A stretch of DNA of 64,000 nt from Salinivirgaceae bacterium (GTDB lineage: Bacteria > Bacteroidota > Bacteroidia > Bacteroidales > SZUA-534): contig JAKSOL010000010.1 of assembly GCA_024405635.1 (NCBI GenBank), forward strand, positions 42,182 to 106,181. Reading direction: 5' to 3'. Below the pieces are notes generated by a model, which saw only the letters and a program-made list of their open reading frames with translations, was not told where the DNA came from and did not search any database. The translations under genes were made by a program, and so were the position numbers. The first letter of the stretch is position 1, and each line of letters opens with the position of its first letter. Shown in pieces: positions 20,252 through 30,390 of this stretch.

Positions 20252-21391
20252 TTATATCAACGTTTTTAGATATTGTTCTACCCTGTCGAGTGCTATTTTG
20301 ATATTTTCGAGTGAGTTTGCATACGAAAAACGAATATAGCCTTCGCCTCGGCTGCCAAAATCGACACCAGGAGTTACTCCAACGTGAGCTTTTTCAAGTA
20401 TATCGAACGCAAATCGATACGAATCGGTTGTAAATCGACTTGCATCGGCAAAAATATAAAACGCACCTTGCGGCTCTGTGTGAATGGTGAATCCCATTTG
20501 ACGAAGGCGATTTATCATGTATATACGGCGCTCGTTGTAAATATTGCGCATGCGGTCAACGTCGGCCGATGCTTGTGTAAGTGCCGCAATGCCAGCGCGT
20601 TGAGCTATGCTTGGCGCACAAATAAAAAGGTTTTGTTGTAGTACTTGAAGGTTGCGCATGTACTCTGGCGGTGCAATTAAATAACCTAATCGCAAGCCTG
20701 TCATTGCAAATCGTTTTGAAAAGCCGTTGAGTACAAATGCGTTTTGCGTATATTCAAGTATTGAGTGAACCTTGCCTTTGTAAACCAATCCGTGGTATAT
20801 TTCGTCGGAAAGGATTGGTATGTTGAGTTCCGAAAGTTGCTGCATCACACTGCCGCTGAGTAATGTCCCTGTTGGATTCATTGGCGAGTTGATAAAAATG
20901 GCACGTGTGCGTGGGGTTATTGCTTGCTTAACTTTTTCAACATTGAACTGAAAGCCCGATTCGGCAGTTAAATCGACCTCAACGGGCACGCCATTGCATG
21001 CTCGTACAAAGTTGCTGTAACACGCATAACCTGGATTTGACAGAATTACCTCGCCGCCTGCCTCGCACAGAACCATAATGGCTAATAAAATAGCTGGCGA
21101 CGACCCCGATGTAACTACAATGCAATCGGGATTAACGGTAACACCATATTCTTGATGATAAAAATTGGCAATGGCTTGGCGCAAATCGGCATCGCCTAAC
21201 GAATGTGAATAATGTGTAACACCTTGTTCTACAGCACTTTTAGCTGATTCGGCTACACATGATGGCACATCAAAGTCGGGTTCGCCCACCTCAAGGTGAA
21301 TAACATCAATACCTTGCGCTTGCATTGCTTTTGCTCGCTCAAGCACATCCATCACTATGAACGATGTTATGTTATCAATTGCTTTATTCAT
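20252..21391 (-). CDS. PLP-dependent aminotransferase class I/II (aspartate aminotransferase-like)
   Basis: HLEVGEPDF, NSPMNPTG, SDEIY and GFSKRFAMTGLRLG. Confidence 0.9.
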   Translation of the reverse strand: MNKAIDNITSFIVMDVLERAKAMQAQGIDVIHLEVGEPDFDVPSCVAESAKSAVEQGVTHYSHSLGDADLRQAIANFYHQEYGVTVNPDCIVVTSGSSPAILLAIMVLCEAGGEVILSNPGYACYSNFVRACNGVPVEVDLTAESGFQFNVEKVKQAITPRTRAIFINSPMNPTGTLLSGSVMQQLSELNIPILSDEIYHGLVYKGKVHSILEYTQNAFVLNGFSKRFAMTGLRLGYLIAPPEYMRNLQVLQQNLFICAPSIAQRAGIAALTQASADVDRMRNIYNERRIYMINRLRQMGFTIHTEPQGAFYIFADASRFTTDSYRFAFDILEKAHVGVTPGVDFGSRGEGYIRFSYANSLENIKIALDRVEQYLKTLI

Positions 21392-21414
21392 AAGTAGTTA
21401 TGTAGCTTGTATTG

Positions 21415-22920
21415 TTACTTATTAATATTTGTTGCTCCGCTCAATGCGTCAACATTAACTGAGGCATCGGCCTCTACTTGAATAATTTTTCCACGTACTG
21501 AATTGCGCAATTCTATTTGCGTTTTTGGCACTGGGCAAATCATAAAGTCGGAGTTATTAAAGTTTAACAGAAAGTTTTTGTAGAAATCGGGCTCTTCTTG
21601 TGGAACCACAAACGGCTTGCCAAAGTTGCCGTTTGCATCAAAGTAAGCAATAAACGGACGAGTAAAAACGCCGTCGATGCGCTTACTGCCTACTACGAGC
21701 CAATGTCCGTTGCTTGACCATGCGTGGTTACTTTCGGCAAAGTTGCTGTTTATCTGCGGTTTGGTTAGCTCTCCTGTTTCAACATCAAGCAGCGCAATGT
21801 CCGATTGTTTGTTTTGTATGGCAAAGTAGCCGCGATTTGCTAAAGTTAATGCCACATAGCGGCCATTGGTTGGGCAAACCTTTGGGAATGAAATACTTGC
21901 ACCAACTTGCGATGAACGCAAAACTGTATCAACGCTTCCCCACGAATTGTCGTCAACATTGTAGGTTATGCGGCAAAGGTCGTACAAGTCTTCGGCTTGC
22001 GGATTTTGCATTGGATAGGTGTCGCGTTTTTTACGAGTGATGTAGTAAAGTGTTTTTCCATCGGGAGCCCATGCTGGTAGGTTTTCGAGGTCGGGAGTTG
22101 AAAGTCTGGGACAAGTGGTAAGAGTGTTGGTTTTCATGTTAAGCAACACAATATCTGAAGCGCGGTCGCTTACAAAAATGCGGTCATCGCCACCGCTTGT
22201 AAATTGCTGACTAATGGCATTGGTTGACATGGCAAGCAAGTATCCATTAGGATTCCACGACGAGTAAACTCCAGCCGACATTGATATTGGAGTTTTAGTG
22301 TTGTAGCGTTGCACTTTTCCGTTGTATATAATATTGGTACCGCCGTTGTGCATGCGCGTGTGAAACATCATTGTGTTTGGATTGTTGTTGCAAAAGGTGT
22401 GGCAATTGATGCACGCACGGTTAACCGACTGACTTTCGATGATTGGCGATTGTTCAAAATTTTCGAGACAACGTTGGTAAAGCCCCATTTTTTCCCAAAG
22501 CACATAGCCTGTGTTTATTAGTCGGTATGCCAAATACGAGTCAACGCTATCGGGTACAACATGCTGAACAATAGGTTGATATTGCGAATAACTACCATCA
22601 GCATTTTGCACTGCAATGGTTATGCTTATTGTTTTTCCGTTTTTCAGTTTTTCCCACACTTTGGCTGGCCACAACACTTTTCCTTGACAATTTTTTAGCA
22701 CATACGAAAATCCGTTGTCGTTTTTTGCCTCAACAACAATTGGCAAAACAGTGTCGGCCAACATAAAATTTAGTGGCGCAATGTTACACGGAATGGTAAC
22801 GCTGACATAATCAGGGAATATATTTGGCTGAGCATCAATCGGTTTGCAATTTGTAGGCATTTGTACTTTTCCGCAAGCCGACAATGCTGCCACCACCATC
22901 AGTAATATTATCTTTCTCAT
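21415..22920 (-). CDS. TolB/PD40-like beta-propeller lipoprotein with CxxCH and C-terminal DALSGAT motifs
   Basis: Lipobox LSAC; PD40-like repeats (SSWNPNG, PAWAPDGKTLYY, HAWSSNG); CINCH at 22399-22413; DALSGAT at 21430-21450. Confidence 0.8.
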   Translation of the reverse strand: MRKIILLMVVAALSACGKVQMPTNCKPIDAQPNIFPDYVSVTIPCNIAPLNFMLADTVLPIVVEAKNDNGFSYVLKNCQGKVLWPAKVWEKLKNGKTISITIAVQNADGSYSQYQPIVQHVVPDSVDSYLAYRLINTGYVLWEKMGLYQRCLENFEQSPIIESQSVNRACINCHTFCNNNPNTMMFHTRMHNGGTNIIYNGKVQRYNTKTPISMSAGVYSSWNPNGYLLAMSTNAISQQFTSGGDDRIFVSDRASDIVLLNMKTNTLTTCPRLSTPDLENLPAWAPDGKTLYYITRKKRDTYPMQNPQAEDLYDLCRITYNVDDNSWGSVDTVLRSSQVGASISFPKVCPTNGRYVALTLANRGYFAIQNKQSDIALLDVETGELTKPQINSNFAESNHAWSSNGHWLVVGSKRIDGVFTRPFIAYFDANGNFGKPFVVPQEEPDFYKNFLLNFNNSDFMICPVPKTQIELRNSVRGKIIQVEADASVNVDALSGATNINK

Positions 22921-22928
22921 AATTTGCT

Positions 22929-24755
22929 CTATTTAATTGAAACCGAATTTTTGGTGATGCTTGGATGTTGAAACGCATAATAGGTCCAGTAACTATGCAA
23001 AAAACGAGTTACTGCATACTTAGGATTTTGCGCTCGTAATTGCGAAAATGCTTGAAATTCGTTTTGTAAAGCACCACTGATTTTTATCGATTTGGCTAAT
23101 TCAACAGGTTCGGTTTTTGAATTGGCGCACGAAGCGAAATAAGCAACTATTCCCTCTTGCCACACTTTTGGCAAATTGCTGGCATTAAAGCCTGGACTAT
23201 GAGCAAGTAACTGTGCAAAAGTAGCAAGTTGACTATCGTCATTAACCGACGACGACAACAAGCATGTTGCCAACAAGTAATCGTAGGCAGGTTTGTTGCC
23301 CGGATTTTTTCGCACAAAATTGAAGATGCTTGTAAGCTGATTGTTGGTGTAAAACACATCGGTTGGCTGCATTTCTCTCATTTGCTCAACATAGTCGCGG
23401 TTCAACTTGCTCTTTCCTCCTGAAATGAACGACCGGCGATCGGCTACAAAACGCTTGCAAAGCATCACTTTATCAAGTCGTTTCAAATACATTTCAGCTT
23501 GCTGATAATCGCCTTTAATTATCAATAAATCAACAATTTGACGCAACACATATTTACTATATGGCAAATTAGTTTCGGCCTCGTAAGCAAAACGCAATGC
23601 GGGTTCAACAAAACCTATTTGCTTGTACAAATAGCTGCTTGGCATACAAATTTCCCCAACCATTGGCGATTCGATAAACATTCCGTCGATGCCCAACATT
23701 TGTGGATAATTGAAAAGCATACTACCCATTTGCCCCGTTTTGGCCAACGCCAGGTTGTAACATTGGTTAATGTAACGCTCGTAAACCTTGCACGAGTGAC
23801 GGTTGTTTAGCGCCAAATCAATCACGCGATTCCAATCTTCGTAATACGACGCCTTGCGCACTTGAACGCTCACACGCAAAACTGGATTTTCAACATGTGC
23901 GGCATAACCAAAGCTAACGCCAAAAACTGCAACCATTGCCAAGCTTGCAATAATTATACGCAAACGCTGCGAAAATTTATTTACACCAATGCTCGCAAAT
24001 ATCAAAAGTACAGGCACATAACTTAACAATGCAACATGTTCGGCCTTAATGGTGCACGATTTAAATAACGGCGATTCTGGAAAAATATTTAAGAATGCCT
24101 GTTTGGGCGTAAGTGGCAACAAAAACGAGTAGCATACTATTGGATACATCACCGTTACCAACAATATGATTATTTGATGTTTTATTATTGTTTTTCTGTC
24201 GGCAACCATCTTACAAACAGATATAAGCGACATTAAACCAAACATATATAAAAACAACGGACCGCTAATATGATAAACAAGTAAGACAAGAGCAACAAAC
24301 ACCAACTGACGCCATTTTTCGGGAGCATTTGCAAAAGCCAAAAAAGCCAAAAGTCCAAATATTAGACTTATGTGTATTGAAAAAGCATACAGCAAATCGA
24401 TCCACGCAACAGCCGAAAACACCGCAGGCAAAACAAAAGCAAACAGCTCTATAAGCAATCGGTTTGATGCAACTTTACGTACACTTAAAACCGAAAGCCA
24501 ACCAACTACCAACGCCATAAGCACCATAAGCACGGCCCCCTGAAACTTATACACAAAATACTGCTCAACAAACTGCGACATGTAGTATGCCATTCCTCCC
24601 GGAACTTTAACAACATCAGCAAAATACTGAGCATCAAGCACAAACGATGGATTTTGGTAATAATCGAACAGCGATGGGTCGATTTTGAAAAACACATAGG
24701 CAAACAAGGTCAAATAAACCACAGCAATGCCAAATAGCGTTATTTTTTTCTGCAT
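22929..24755 (-). CDS. DUF6057-like protein (N-terminal multi-TM region, C-terminal TPR-like soluble region)
   Basis: VPGGMAYYMSQFVEQYF, YNLALAKTGQMGSMLFNYPQ, AYDYLLATCLL and terminal SYWTYY; paired with a TolB-like gene as commonly seen in Bacteroidales. Confidence 0.75.
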   Translation of the reverse strand: MQKKITLFGIAVVYLTLFAYVFFKIDPSLFDYYQNPSFVLDAQYFADVVKVPGGMAYYMSQFVEQYFVYKFQGAVLMVLMALVVGWLSVLSVRKVASNRLLIELFAFVLPAVFSAVAWIDLLYAFSIHISLIFGLLAFLAFANAPEKWRQLVFVALVLLVYHISGPLFLYMFGLMSLISVCKMVADRKTIIKHQIIILLVTVMYPIVCYSFLLPLTPKQAFLNIFPESPLFKSCTIKAEHVALLSYVPVLLIFASIGVNKFSQRLRIIIASLAMVAVFGVSFGYAAHVENPVLRVSVQVRKASYYEDWNRVIDLALNNRHSCKVYERYINQCYNLALAKTGQMGSMLFNYPQMLGIDGMFIESPMVGEICMPSSYLYKQIGFVEPALRFAYEAETNLPYSKYVLRQIVDLLIIKGDYQQAEMYLKRLDKVMLCKRFVADRRSFISGGKSKLNRDYVEQMREMQPTDVFYTNNQLTSIFNFVRKNPGNKPAYDYLLATCLLSSSVNDDSQLATFAQLLAHSPGFNASNLPKVWQEGIVAYFASCANSKTEPVELAKSIKISGALQNEFQAFSQLRAQNPKYAVTRFLHSYWTYYAFQHPSITKNSVSIK

Positions 24756-24992
24756 AAATAAGAATTAAGGTTTGCCCATTTTGGTTCCAAAAGACTACGA
24801 CCAAAGCGGTTGGCGAATGTAACTCTTTATATTGTTAGTTGGTTGTGTTCAGTGTTTGTTGTTTGTAGCAATGAATTTGCTGTTTAGTTGCGAATGAATA
24901 ATACACACGAGCAGACCTACATATTGTTAATAAACAGATACAAGTTTTACGTTTCGACACAAAAAGTCAGCGCTTTGTCAATACAAAAAATA

Positions 24993-25015
24993 TATTTTTG
25001 CAACCGATTGCAAAA
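24993..25015 (+). promoter_or_regulatory. -7 promoter box (TATTTTTG) overlapped by a LacI-type operator palindrome
   Basis: TTTTGCAACCGATTGCAAAA (24996-25015) is a near-perfect palindrome with the central CG of LacI operators, immediately upstream of a LacI gene. Confidence 0.75.
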
Positions 25016-25061
25016 GCGTAAGTTTTTTATCTATATTTACGAAAAGCAACACAAACGCCAC

Positions 25062-26075
25062 ATGAACAATAACGAAGTAACCATATACGACATAGCCAAA
25101 AAATTAGGCATTTCGGCATCAACAGTAAGCAGAGCGCTGGCGGGCAACAAATTGATAAAAAAAGCCACCGTTGACCGTGTTCGCCAATGTGCCGAAGAAC
25201 TTGGCTACCGTAGCAATCCATTTGCATCAAACCTACGCCGCGGAGCAACCAACACCATAGGCGTAGTTGTTCACCGGCTCGATAGTCCGTTTGTGTCGAG
25301 TTTTTTAATGGGAGCCGAACAAACAGCCAACGCAAAAGGATATAACTTGATGATTCTGCAGTCGTTTGAAGATGTTGAGAAAGAGAAAGCAAACCTAAAA
25401 ACTTTGCTCGACAAGCGCGTTGACGGCATTATTGCTGCCATAACCCGAAACACAAACAACGTTGACCACTTTAAAAATGTTCAATCGTTTAACATTCCGC
25501 TTGTTTTGTTCGACCGTGTTAGCGAAAAAATTGACTGCCAAAAAGTTGTAATAAACAACTATGCAGCAGCCGCCGAAGTTGCCCAACATTTAATTAGCCA
25601 AGGTTGCCACAACATTGTAAACGCAACTATCAATACACCTATAAGCACATATACCGAACGCACTAAAGGTTTTTCTGACACTTTAAAGAAGTCCAAAATT
25701 CAACTTCGCACCATATATATGGATAATCTCGATTTTGAATCAGGACAAAAATTAGCCACCGAACTAAAACAAAACATGCCCGACGGAGTATTCTGCCCAA
25801 ACGACATTTCGGCATGTGGACTAATTGTTGGATTGCAACAAATTGGAATAAAAGTACCCGAAGATGTGGCGGTGATTGGATTCAACAACAGCAATGTAAG
25901 TCAAGTAATTACACCCAACCTTACCACCATTGAATACCCAGCATACGAACTTGGAGTTACTGCTGCAAACAGCCTGCTTGAAGCTATTAGTTTAAAAGGC
26001 AGTAACATAATAAACCGCACTATAACTTTGCAACATAAACTAATAATTCGCAAATCAAGTATTCACAACAAATAA
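25062..26075 (+). CDS. LacI-family transcriptional regulator
   Basis: VTIYDIAKKLGISASTVSRAL HTH plus a periplasmic-binding-protein-like domain. Start corrected to ATG 25062. Confidence 0.95.
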   Translation: MNNNEVTIYDIAKKLGISASTVSRALAGNKLIKKATVDRVRQCAEELGYRSNPFASNLRRGATNTIGVVVHRLDSPFVSSFLMGAEQTANAKGYNLMILQSFEDVEKEKANLKTLLDKRVDGIIAAITRNTNNVDHFKNVQSFNIPLVLFDRVSEKIDCQKVVINNYAAAAEVAQHLISQGCHNIVNATINTPISTYTERTKGFSDTLKKSKIQLRTIYMDNLDFESGQKLATELKQNMPDGVFCPNDISACGLIVGLQQIGIKVPEDVAVIGFNNSNVSQVITPNLTTIEYPAYELGVTAANSLLEAISLKGSNIINRTITLQHKLIIRKSSIHNK

Positions 26076-26085
26076 ATTTAACCAT

Positions 26086-28188
26086 ATGAAAATAAACAAA
26101 TTAACACTCAAATTGTTTAGTGCAGTAGCCATATTAGGATTGGTATCGTGCTCAAGCAATACACAATTAAACAGCAACATCAACGACCAATTGTGGTTTC
26201 ACTCGTTACAAATTGGAAGCCCAGCTGCTTTTCAATCAACAACTATGCAAATTGTAGCCGACAACATTGACAAATATTGGAACGACAAAAGAACTCCAAC
26301 ATTTGACATTAAAAAACTTAACCCAAACGAAGAACTTGGACACGATGGATTTAAAATCAACATAACCGAATCGGAAATAAATGTTGAATCGAACAGCGAA
26401 ATAGGTGCATTGTACGCCTCGTACGAACTGCTACGTATGCAAGAGTGTGGCAAAATGCCTAAAAACGCATCAATAACAAGCGTACCTGCTTTTCAACACC
26501 GCGTGCTTAACCACTGGGACAACCTTGACGGAACCATTGAACGTGGTTTTGCAGGGCAATCGCTGTGGGATTGGGCAACAATTGACACCGCTAACATTAA
26601 CAAAAACAGCCAAGTTTATGCCGAATATGCTCGTGCAAACGCATCAATAGGCATCAACGGCACTGTACTAAACAACGTTAATGCAAATGCCAACATTCTT
26701 ACCCCAGAGTATTTGGCTAAAGTGAAAATGTTGGCCGATATTTTTCGCCCTTACGGTCTGAAAGTGTATTTATCGCTCAACTTTGCATCACCAAAACACT
26801 TAGGAAAACTTAAAACTTCAGATCCACTTGACCGCAACGTTATTAATTGGTGGAGAGAAAAAACAGCCGAGATTTACAAAATAATTCCCGACTTTGGAGG
26901 ATTTCTTGTAAAAGCCAACTCAGAAGGCCAATCAGGACCTCAAGACTACGGTCGCACTCATGCCGATGGCGCTAATATGATTGCCGATGCAATTAAACCT
27001 TTTGGCGGCATTGTTATGTGGCGCGCCTTTGTGTACAACGCACAAAGCCCCGACCGTGCCAAACAAGCTGTTGAAGAATTTTTGCCACTTGACGGTCAAT
27101 TCCGCGACAACGTGCTCATTCAAATTAAAAACGGACCTATCGATTTTCAACCTCGCGAGCCATTTAGCCCACTTTTTGGCCAATTTGAGAAAACTCAAGC
27201 AATGGTAGAGGTTCAGATAACACAAGAATATTTAGGACATGCTAACCACTTGGTTTACTTGCATCCAATGTGGAAAGAATGCCTTGACTCTGACACATAC
27301 CAAAAAGGCGAAGGGTCAACCGTAGGCGCCATTACCGAAGGAAAAATAATGCCATACAAATACACAGCCATTGCAGGTGTAAGCAACATTGGCAACAACC
27401 AAAACTGGTGCGGACATTACTTTGCACAAGCCAACTGGTATGCATTTGGCCGAATGGCATGGAATCCACAATTAACATCGCTACAAATTGCAAACGAGTG
27501 GATAAAACAAACATTCACTAGCGATAAAAACTTTGTTGAACCTGTGCGCCAAATGATGATGGGCTCGCGCGAAGCAAACGTACACTACGAAATGCCTTTG
27601 GGCTTGCACCATACATTTAAAGGCCCCGACCACTACGGTCCAGGTCCATGGGATCGTTCAATACGCCCTGACTGGGAACCTGCATACTACCACAAAGCCG
27701 CAACCGATGGAGTTGGATTTGACCGCACTCTTGCAGGCTCAGGCGCTGTGGCTCAATACCACGAACCTTTGAAATCAATATACAACAATGTTAACACCTG
27801 CCCCGAAAACCTTATTCTTTGGTTCCACCACTTACCTTGGGACTACAAGATGAAAAGCGGACGTACTCTATGGAACGAGCTTTGCTACATTTATCAGCAA
27901 GGCATTGACGAGGCAAAAAGTTACATTACAACTTGGGACAACATGCAACAATATGTTGACGCTGAGCGTTTTGCATCGGTTAAAGAAAAACTAGAACGCC
28001 AAGCAAAAGATGCAATATGGTGGCGCGATGCCACAATGCTCTACTTCCAACAATTCTCAAACATGGAGCTTCCTCAAGATTGTTCGCCATTCCAACACAC
28101 TCTTGACGAACTAATGGAATTTAAAATGAACATTACTAACTACGAAAATCCCAAAATTGAAAACCTACCAGAATTTTCACTTAACTAA
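26086..28188 (+). CDS. aguA: Alpha-glucuronidase, GH67 (predicted lipoprotein)
   Basis: RVLNHWDNLDGTIERGFAG, GFLVKANSEGQ, QIKNGPIDFQPREP and QITQEYLG; lipobox LVSC. Confidence 0.93.
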   Translation: MKINKLTLKLFSAVAILGLVSCSSNTQLNSNINDQLWFHSLQIGSPAAFQSTTMQIVADNIDKYWNDKRTPTFDIKKLNPNEELGHDGFKINITESEINVESNSEIGALYASYELLRMQECGKMPKNASITSVPAFQHRVLNHWDNLDGTIERGFAGQSLWDWATIDTANINKNSQVYAEYARANASIGINGTVLNNVNANANILTPEYLAKVKMLADIFRPYGLKVYLSLNFASPKHLGKLKTSDPLDRNVINWWREKTAEIYKIIPDFGGFLVKANSEGQSGPQDYGRTHADGANMIADAIKPFGGIVMWRAFVYNAQSPDRAKQAVEEFLPLDGQFRDNVLIQIKNGPIDFQPREPFSPLFGQFEKTQAMVEVQITQEYLGHANHLVYLHPMWKECLDSDTYQKGEGSTVGAITEGKIMPYKYTAIAGVSNIGNNQNWCGHYFAQANWYAFGRMAWNPQLTSLQIANEWIKQTFTSDKNFVEPVRQMMMGSREANVHYEMPLGLHHTFKGPDHYGPGPWDRSIRPDWEPAYYHKAATDGVGFDRTLAGSGAVAQYHEPLKSIYNNVNTCPENLILWFHHLPWDYKMKSGRTLWNELCYIYQQGIDEAKSYITTWDNMQQYVDAERFASVKEKLERQAKDAIWWRDATMLYFQQFSNMELPQDCSPFQHTLDELMEFKMNITNYENPKIENLPEFSLN

Positions 28189-28219
28189 CTATAACACAAT
28201 TATTTAAATAACATAAAAC

Positions 28220-29044
28220 ATGAATAGTAATAATATGTTCAGCATCGAGGGCAAAGTTGCCGTAGTAACAGGCGGTGCTGGTGTATTGGGCGGAAGCATT
28301 GCCCAACATTTGGTTGAACAAGGAGCAAAAGTGGCAGTGCTTGGTCGCCACAAAGAAAACACCGAGGCAAAAGTTGCCGAATTGCAAGCACTTGGAAAAG
28401 GTGAAGTTATGGCCGTTGTTTCAGACGTTCTTGACGTTGAAAAACTACGCGCAACACGCGAAGAACTAATTGCCAAATGGGGCAAGATTGACATTTTGGT
28501 GAACTGCGCAGGCGGTAACGTTCCTGGAGCTACAATCCCCGACGACAAATCGGTTTTTGACATGAAAATTGAAGACTTTGAAAAAGTTACAACCATCAAC
28601 ATGAACGGAACCGTATATCCAAGCATCATATTTGGCGAGGCTATGGCAAAACAAGGTTCTGGTAGCATCATCACCATATCGTCAATGGCATCGTTTCAAG
28701 CCATTACACGCGTGCTTGGCTACGCAATTGCCAAAGGCGGCATTTTGAATTTCACACAATGGATGGCCCAAGAAATGGCTATTAAGTTTGGCGAAAAAGT
28801 ACGCGTAAACTCCATTGCCCCAGGCTTTTTCATTGGTAACCAAAACCGTGCACTACTCATTAACCCCGATGGTTCGCTAACCGAACGTAGCAAAAAAGTA
28901 TTGGCACACACACCAATGCGCCGCTTTGGCGACATTAGTGAACTTAACGGCACAGTACAATTCCTTTGCTCCGATGCAGCATCGTTCATTACTGGCGCTG
29001 TTATTCCAGTTGATGGCGGATTTAACTCATTTACAGGCGTTTAA
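28220..29044 (+). CDS. uxuB: SDR-family D-mannonate oxidoreductase (fructuronate reductase)
   Basis: VTGGAGVLG, AGGNVPGAT, YxxxK (YAIAK) and PGFFIGNQNRALL; adjacent to uxuA. Confidence 0.8.
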   Translation: MNSNNMFSIEGKVAVVTGGAGVLGGSIAQHLVEQGAKVAVLGRHKENTEAKVAELQALGKGEVMAVVSDVLDVEKLRATREELIAKWGKIDILVNCAGGNVPGATIPDDKSVFDMKIEDFEKVTTINMNGTVYPSIIFGEAMAKQGSGSIITISSMASFQAITRVLGYAIAKGGILNFTQWMAQEMAIKFGEKVRVNSIAPGFFIGNQNRALLINPDGSLTERSKKVLAHTPMRRFGDISELNGTVQFLCSDAASFITGAVIPVDGGFNSFTGV

Positions 29045-29065
29045 TCTTTCAAAATTCAGCATAAA

Positions 29066-30274
29066 ATGGCACTCGAAAAAACTTGGCGTTGGTTTGGACC
29101 CAACGATAAAATAACCCTCGACATGCTTGTTCAAATGGGTGTTGAAGGTGTTGTAACTGCACTTCACCACCTGCCTATTGGCGTGGTTTGGACAAAAGAA
29201 GAGATAATGAAACTGAAAAACGAAATTGAAAGTCACGGACTTCGTTGGAGCGTGGTTGAAAGCCTTCCAGTTTCAGAAGACATTAAAATATGTGGTCCAA
29301 ACAGAGAACAACACATTGCCAATTATAAAGAAAGCCTTAAAAACCTTGGCGAATGCGGCATCGACACCGTTTGCTACAACTTTATGCCAGTGCTTGACTG
29401 GTGCCGCACATCGCTCACATACAAACACAACGGCGGTGGCGAAGGTTTGTATTTTGACTACTACACATTTGTTGCATTCGACGTGTTTATGCTTGAGCGT
29501 CCAAACGCAAAAGCCGACTATGACGCCGAAACACTTCAGAAAGCTGAGGCTATTTTCAAATCGCTATCAAAAGAAGATGTTGACAAACTAGTTTACAACA
29601 TTATTGTGGTAACACAAGGCTTTGTAAACGGCGTGATTGACGGCAGTGTAAAAGACCCCAAAGGACTATTCCTTGAATACATTTCGAAGTACAAAAACAT
29701 AACAAAAGAGCAATATCGCGCCAACATGAAGGCGTTTATTGACGACGTTGTTCCAACTTGCGAGCAATACAATGTTAATTTGTGCGTTCACCCCGACGAC
29801 CCACCATTCCCTGTTCTTGGAATGCCACGCATTGTTGGTTGCGCCGACGACTTGCGCTGGTTGCGCCAGGCTAACCCATCGTTGCGCAATGGTATAACAT
29901 ACTGCACAGGATCGCTTAGCGGTAGGCCCGACAACGACCTTGTGGCCATTGCCGAAGAGTTTGCTGATGCTATTCATTTTGTTCACTTACGCAACACTCA
30001 GTTCATTGGGTTCAAATCGTTTTACGAGAGCGGTCACCTAAAAGGCAGCCTTGACATGCCTGGCATTGTTAATGCTTTGCTAAAAGAACAACACCGACGC
30101 ATTGCCGAGGGCCGAAAAGATATTCGCATGCCGTTCCGTCCCGACCACGGAATTCGCATTCTTACCGACCTTGATAACGACATTTACAATGCAGGCTATC
30201 CTCTTTGCGGTCGCATGCGCGGATTGTCAGAAATATCGGGTTTAATGGCTGGCATTGAGTACAACATGAAGTAG
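29066..30274 (+). CDS. uxuA: Mannonate dehydratase
   Basis: TWRWFG, WSVVESLPV, CYNFMPVLDW, HPDDPP and RPDHG. Confidence 0.95.
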   Translation: MALEKTWRWFGPNDKITLDMLVQMGVEGVVTALHHLPIGVVWTKEEIMKLKNEIESHGLRWSVVESLPVSEDIKICGPNREQHIANYKESLKNLGECGIDTVCYNFMPVLDWCRTSLTYKHNGGGEGLYFDYYTFVAFDVFMLERPNAKADYDAETLQKAEAIFKSLSKEDVDKLVYNIIVVTQGFVNGVIDGSVKDPKGLFLEYISKYKNITKEQYRANMKAFIDDVVPTCEQYNVNLCVHPDDPPFPVLGMPRIVGCADDLRWLRQANPSLRNGITYCTGSLSGRPDNDLVAIAEEFADAIHFVHLRNTQFIGFKSFYESGHLKGSLDMPGIVNALLKEQHRRIAEGRKDIRMPFRPDHGIRILTDLDNDIYNAGYPLCGRMRGLSEISGLMAGIEYNMK

Positions 30275-30302
30275 TATTTTTTTCATTAATTATTGTTTTT
30301 TG

Positions 30303-30329
30303 AAGCGCGGGGAAACCTGCGCTTTTTTT
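30303..30329 (+). terminator. Intrinsic terminator of the glucuronate operon
   Basis: AAGCGCGGG-GAAA-CCTGCGCTT followed by a T-run. Confidence 0.85.
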
Positions 30330-30377
30330 GCTTTAAACAACAAGCAAACGAACCATACCTAAGCATTGTAAGTTGAT

Positions 30378-30385
30378 TACCTTTG
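30378..30385 (+). promoter_or_regulatory. -7 promoter element (TACCTTTG)
   Basis: TAnnTTTG ending 5 nt before the DMT ATG. Confidence 0.6.
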
Positions 30386-30390
30386 CGGCC

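Noticed and set aside
24888-25061. N-terminal extension of the LacI ORF (similar extensions on etfB, DMT, licD and the vWA gene)
   Set aside because: The extensions cover promoter, operator or terminator sequence or overlap neighbouring genes; family-typical sequence begins at the downstream ATG.
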